DNA of 64,000 nt from Thermodesulfobacteriota bacterium (lineage in GTDB: Bacteria > Desulfobacterota_D > UBA1144 > Nemesobacterales > Nemesobacteraceae). Under the pieces are notes generated by a model that worked only from the letters and a program-made list of their open reading frames with translations, searched no databases and was not told the DNA's origin. Positions 59,601 to 64,000 of this stretch are shown here, in pieces (position 1 is the stretch's first letter; each line of letters opens with the position of its first letter). The translations under genes and the position numbers were made by a program. Location: NCBI GenBank assembly GCA_965202785.1, contig OZ241855.1, positions 576,001 through 640,000 on the forward strand, written 5' to 3'.

Positions 59601-60844
59601 TAATAGAGGGAAAAAACAGGCTTTCCGGAGAGGTGTCGGTCGGCGGAGCAAAAAACGCCGTCCTTCCCATAATGGCAGCCTGCATACTGAACGACGGGGA
59701 AAACACCATCTCGAACGTGCCGGATCTGGCGGACGTGCGGACCATGATGAAACTCCTCGAAACCCTGGGCGCGAGATGCGAGTATACAGACGGTGACCTG
59801 ATCGTCGACTCAACAAGCATCGACCGCTACAAGGCTCCCTACGATCTGGTAAAGACGATGAGGGCTTCCGTGCTGGTTCTGGGACCGCTTGTGGCCAGAT
59901 TCAAAAAAGCCGAAGTCTCCCTCCCCGGAGGATGCGCCATAGGAGAAAGGCCTATAGATCAGCACATAAAGGGACTTCGAATCCTCGGAACGTCGGTGCA
60001 GCTTGAAGACGGATACGTAAGCGCCGTTGCGGAAAAACTTGAAGGAACCACCGTGCCCTTCGATCTCTCGACCGTCACGGGGACCGAAAACATAATGCTG
60101 CTGGCCAGCGTCTGCGAAGGAGAAACCGTCATCCTGAACGCCGCATGCGAGCCCGAAGTGGTGGACCTCGCAAACGCCCTCAATCTGATGGGAGCGAAAA
60201 TAGAAGGAGCCGGAACGGATATAATAACGATAACGGGGGTAAGCTCGCTCGGTCCGCTCAAGGACTACAGCGTAATGCCTGACAGGATAGAGGCGGGAAC
60301 GCTGATGATAGCCGGCGCCCTCAATGAAAGCGATCTCGTGATCAGGAACTGCAGGTTCGAGCACCTTGGGGCACTCACAGGGAAGCTGCTTCAGACGGGA
60401 ACGGAGATAGAAAAAAATGGGAACTCCATTAGAGTGCGGGGCACAGGGAAGATAAAAAGCATAGACTTCTCCACGCTCCCATACCCGGGATTCCCGACCG
60501 ACATGCAGGCCCAGATGATGATACTCATGTGCGTTGCCGAGGGGATGAGCGTCATAACGGAGAACATATTTCCGCAGAGGTTCATGCACACCGCCGAACT
60601 GCGGAGGATGGGCGCGGACATAAAGCTTGTCGGAAACAGCGCCGTGGTAAGAGGTGTCCGGGAGATGAGGGGCGCCCCCATCATGGCAAGCGATCTTCGG
60701 GCGAGCGCCTCGCTCGTGCTGGCAGGGCTTTGCGGCACCGGCAGGACGGAAGTGTCGAGAATCTACCATCTTGACCGGGGATACGAGAAACTTGATGAAA
60801 AACTGCGGTCGGTAGGAGCCAGAATCTGGAGGGAAAAAGAGTGA
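59588..60844 (+). CDS. murA: UDP-N-acetylglucosamine 1-carboxyvinyltransferase
   Basis: GAKNA, MRAS, LPGGCAIG.RP, PTDMQ, HLDRGY. Confidence 0.97.
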   Translation: MEKIVIEGKNRLSGEVSVGGAKNAVLPIMAACILNDGENTISNVPDLADVRTMMKLLETLGARCEYTDGDLIVDSTSIDRYKAPYDLVKTMRASVLVLGPLVARFKKAEVSLPGGCAIGERPIDQHIKGLRILGTSVQLEDGYVSAVAEKLEGTTVPFDLSTVTGTENIMLLASVCEGETVILNAACEPEVVDLANALNLMGAKIEGAGTDIITITGVSSLGPLKDYSVMPDRIEAGTLMIAGALNESDLVIRNCRFEHLGALTGKLLQTGTEIEKNGNSIRVRGTGKIKSIDFSTLPYPGFPTDMQAQMMILMCVAEGMSVITENIFPQRFMHTAELRRMGADIKLVGNSAVVRGVREMRGAPIMASDLRASASLVLAGLCGTGRTEVSRIYHLDRGYEKLDEKLRSVGARIWREKE

Positions 60845-61458
60845 TAACCATAGCGACGCCCAGAGGGAGGCTGCTTGAGGAGACCGTCGATCTTTTCAAG
60901 AAGGCCTCGATAGACATAACGGAGATAATAAAGGATTCGAGAAAACTCATATTCGAGTTCGAAGAGGCGGGGATGAGGCTGCTTATAGTGAGACCCACAG
61001 ACGTCACCTCCTACGTCGAGTACGGTGCCGCGGACTGCGGAATAGTCGGCAGAGACACACTAATGGAGCAGGACGGCGACCTCTACGAGCCTCTTGACCT
61101 CAGAATAGGAAAATGCAAGATGGTAGTCGCCGCTCCGAAGGGCTTTGAGAAATCTGGCAAGGCGTCCTTGCGGATCGCGACAAAGTACCCGAAGATCGCA
61201 AGTGATTTCTACAACAAAAAAGGCATAAGCACGGAAGTCATAAAACTCTACGGTTCGGTTGAGCTTGCCCCCATAATAGGGCTTTGCGACGCTATAGTGG
61301 ATCTTACGGCTACGGGAGAAACCCTGAAGAAAAACGATCTTGAGATAGTGGAAGTGGTAGCGGAAGTAAGCGCAAAGTTAATTGTCAACAAGGTAAGCAT
61401 GAAAATAAAGTCAAAGGAAATAAAGGAACTGATTCAGAAACTCGAGGAGGTAAGATAA
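60841..61458 (+). CDS. hisG: ATP phosphoribosyltransferase, short form
   Basis: RPTDV..YVEYG, ATKYP, LYGSVELAP, TGETLKKN. Confidence 0.95.
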   Translation: MITIATPRGRLLEETVDLFKKASIDITEIIKDSRKLIFEFEEAGMRLLIVRPTDVTSYVEYGAADCGIVGRDTLMEQDGDLYEPLDLRIGKCKMVVAAPKGFEKSGKASLRIATKYPKIASDFYNKKGISTEVIKLYGSVELAPIIGLCDAIVDLTATGETLKKNDLEIVEVVAEVSAKLIVNKVSMKIKSKEIKELIQKLEEVR

Positions 61459-61485
61459 GCCACCTCCCTTTTTTCACGTGGCTTA

Positions 61486-62532
61486 TCAGAAAAGCTCGAG
61501 CTGGGCGGGTCCGTCTCTTCTGAATCGGGAAACATCAAGAGACGCTTTCCTTCCCCCAAAACCGAACTTCCCGTAAGCCACGCGAAAGATCTTTTCGGTC
61601 TGCTCGGCGAAAATTCCCTTGCCCTTCATCCGGACGCGGTACTCAGAAGAGTTAAGGCCTCCGTCCCTCATAGACTCGATTCGCCCCAGTATTTTTTTCT
61701 TTCTGTCGGGATAGTGGCGCCCAAGCCACTCGGAGAATATGTCGCCAACTCCGTAGGGAAGCCTGAGCATCACATAGCCCGCATCGACCGCACCGCGGGC
61801 AGAAGCTTCTTTCATTATGGCCGGAATCTCATGGTCAGTGAGCCCGGGAATCACAGGGGCTATGAGCACCGTCACGGGAATACCGGCGTCCGCAAGCCTG
61901 GCTATTGCCCTGAGCCTGTATTCGGGCTGCGACGTCCTGGGTTCCATCTTTCTTGCAAGTTCGCCGTCAAGCGTCGTGACGGAGATAACCACGCTCGCGC
62001 AGCCGATTCTGGCCATGTCGGAGAAAATATCAATATCGCGGGTCACCAGATAGTTTTTGGTTATCACCCCGACAGGGTTTCGGAATTCCCTCAGAACCTC
62101 CAGGCATTTTCTCGTTATCCGGAAATGCTTTTCCGCCGGTTGATAGCAGTCGGTAACCCCGCTTATCGCTATCGGCTTAGGAACCCATTTCGCCGAGCGA
62201 AGCTCCTTTCTCAGAAGCTCGGGGGCATTTTGCTTTACGAAGATCTTTGTTTCGAAATCAAGCCCCGCGGAAAGCCCCAGGTATTCGTGCGTGGGCCTTG
62301 CGTAGCAGTAAACGCATCCGTGCTCGCATCCCCGATAGGGATTAATGCTTGCGTCAAAGGAAATATCGGGGCTCTGGTTGTAGGAGATTATGGTTTTCGT
62401 CCGGTCCCTGTAGTAAACGGTTCTGGGAGCGCCATCAGCGACGAGCACGTCCTCGTCCGCAACAAAGTCAATCCGTTCGAACCTTCCCGCAGGGTTCTCC
62501 TGGGATCCCCTTCCTTTTATGTATGGCTTCAC
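61486..62532 (-). CDS. PA0069/Rv2578c family radical SAM protein
   Basis: SINPYRGCEHGCVYCYARPTHEYL, TDCYQP, LRLP; GTG start assumed. Confidence 0.92.
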   Translation of the reverse strand: MKPYIKGRGSQENPAGRFERIDFVADEDVLVADGAPRTVYYRDRTKTIISYNQSPDISFDASINPYRGCEHGCVYCYARPTHEYLGLSAGLDFETKIFVKQNAPELLRKELRSAKWVPKPIAISGVTDCYQPAEKHFRITRKCLEVLREFRNPVGVITKNYLVTRDIDIFSDMARIGCASVVISVTTLDGELARKMEPRTSQPEYRLRAIARLADAGIPVTVLIAPVIPGLTDHEIPAIMKEASARGAVDAGYVMLRLPYGVGDIFSEWLGRHYPDRKKKILGRIESMRDGGLNSSEYRVRMKGKGIFAEQTEKIFRVAYGKFGFGGRKASLDVSRFRRDGPAQLELF

Positions 62533-62553
62533 TTCGCGAGTCTCCCCTGAACT

Positions 62554-62593
62554 AAAAAGCCCCAAAGCGGCAACGACCGCCTCGGGGCTTTTG
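62554..62593 (-). terminator. Terminator-like hairpin after lon
   Basis: AAAAGCCCC..GCGG / CCGC..GGGGCTTTT. Confidence 0.6.
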
Positions 62594-62616
62594 AAACACT
62601 AAGCAATTGTTTGCCT

Positions 62617-64000
62617 TCAGTTTATGTTCTTCGGCACCGGGTCGGCCTCTAGGTCATAACCGGACTTGGGAACGACAAAGTTCTTGAGCACAGGCTCATC
62701 CGAGAGAATTACCTTTTCAACAACTTCGTCCATATGTTCCACGGGAGTTATCTTCACCTCTTTTCTCACGTTCTCCGGTATGTCCTCAATGTCCTTCTTA
62801 TTCTCTACGGGAATCAGCACTTCCTTCACCCTGCCCCTGTGGGCGGCGAGGATTTTCTCCTTGAGCCCTCCGATGGTAAGCACTCTTCCGCGAAGCGTGA
62901 TCTCTCCCGTCATTGCAATTTCCCTGTTTATGGGCTTTCTCGTAATGGCGCTCGTAATGGCGCTCGCTATCGCTATGCCGGCGCTCGGGCCGTCCTTGGG
63001 AGTGGCTCCCTCGGGAACGTGAATGTGTATATCCACGTTCTGGTAGAAAAGCCTTTCAAGCCCCAGGCGCTGCGCCCGGCTCCTTACGTAGCTCATCGCC
63101 GCGCGCGCGGATTCCTGCATCACCTCTCCGAGCTTTCCGGTGACGGTGAAATTTCCCTTGCCGGGAACAATTGAAACCTCTATCGTAAGAAGCTCCCCTC
63201 CAAGCTCCGTCCACGCAAGCCCCGTGGCGGCTCCCACCTGGTCGGTTTGCTCGATCTCCCCGTACTCGTACTTGGGAGTACCGAGGTACTTACCGACGTT
63301 CTTGGCGGTGATATTGACTCCCTTGGTCTTTTGCCTCTCAACGATCTCCCTAGCAACCTTTCTGCAAAGCGCCGCTATCTCCCTCTCGAGGTTCCTGACG
63401 CCGCTTTCCTTCGTGTACCTTCTTATGATCTCCAGAAGGGCCTCGTTTTTCATAGACACCTTGTGGTCGTTAAGACCGTGATCATTCTTCTGCTTCCCTA
63501 TAAGAAACTTCCTGGCTATCTGGAGTTTCTCCTGCTCCGTGTAGCCGGGAAGGCGGATTATCTCCATGCGGTCCTGAAGCGCCCAAGGAATCGTGTGCAG
63601 CACGTTCGCCGTCATTATGAACATCACTTTCGAAAGGTCGTAGTCGGCCTCGATGTAGTGATCGTTGAAATTTGAGTTCTGCTCAGGGTCAAGGGCCTCA
63701 AGAAGCGCCGAAGCCGGATCTCCCCTGAAGTCCATCCCGAGCTTGTCGATCTCGTCAAGGAGAAAGACAGGGTTTATGGTTCCGGCCTTTTTCATTCCCT
63801 GTATGATCTTGCCCGGAAGAGCTCCTATGTAGGTCCTCCTGTGTCCCCTTATCTCGGCCTCGTCCCTTACCCCGCCAAGAGACGTCCTGACGAACTTGCG
63901 GCCCATTGCGCGCGCTATGGACTTGGCCAAAGAGGTCTTTCCCACGCCCGGGGGTCCCACAAAACAGATTATCGGGCCCTTGAGCTTCTCGGCGAGAACC
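62617..64000 (-). CDS. lon: Lon protease, C-terminal part (start lies beyond the window)
   Basis: [31 protein letters not shown]. Confidence 0.97.
   Translation of the reverse strand, partial: VLAEKLKGPIICFVGPPGVGKTSLAKSIARAMGRKFVRTSLGGVRDEAEIRGHRRTYIGALPGKIIQGMKKAGTINPVFLLDEIDKLGMDFRGDPASALLEALDPEQNSNFNDHYIEADYDLSKVMFIMTANVLHTIPWALQDRMEIIRLPGYTEQEKLQIARKFLIGKQKNDHGLNDHKVSMKNEALLEIIRRYTKESGVRNLEREIAALCRKVAREIVERQKTKGVNITAKNVGKYLGTPKYEYGEIEQTDQVGAATGLAWTELGGELLTIEVSIVPGKGNFTVTGKLGEVMQESARAAMSYVRSRAQRLGLERLFYQNVDIHIHVPEGATPKDGPSAGIAIASAITSAITRKPINREIAMTGEITLRGRVLTIGGLKEKILAAHRGRVKEVLIPVENKKDIEDIPENVRKEVKITPVEHMDEVVEKVILSDEPVLKNFVVPKSGYDLEADPVPKNIN

Noticed and set aside
1-64000. CRISPR arrays, tRNA/rRNA genes, IS transposases, integrases, reverse transcriptases
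   Set aside because: None seen by inspection of the intergenic regions or the ORF track.

Overview
Gene-dense bacterial chromosomal segment with about 58 CDS, mostly housekeeping and catabolic. I see no rRNA, tRNA, CRISPR array, transposase or phage genes. Gene content and style suggest a Desulfobacterota-like lineage, possibly Candidatus Dadabacteria (inference only). Main blocks: thyX (partial), queCE, mutAB-meaB-rimI, fbp/fbaB/pgk/gap, a split RND pump, two cysteine desulfurases, glcDE-DUF3891-glcF, tandem acetoacetate-decarboxylase-fold genes, an acyl-CoA dehydrogenase/thiolase-like/DUF35/MaoC cluster, F420 genes (cofE, npdG, LLM), a TonB receptor, lepA, maf-yggS-proC-yggT, prmC-murA-hisG and lon (partial). 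The most notable observation is a group IIC intron-like frame on the minus strand (40702-42732). Its 5' GTGTGCCGAGCATG sits directly after an intrinsic terminator, its 3' end retains a base-paired domain V/VI, and it encloses a secreted Cache-domain gene instead of a reverse transcriptase. Also notable: two stand-alone Cache-domain proteins sharing a GGC...TPR...TM C-terminal sorting-like tail, and several intact apparent pseudoenzymes (sirtuin, metallo-beta-lactamase nuclease, Cys-less DUF35). All family assignments come from motif recognition, not database searches.
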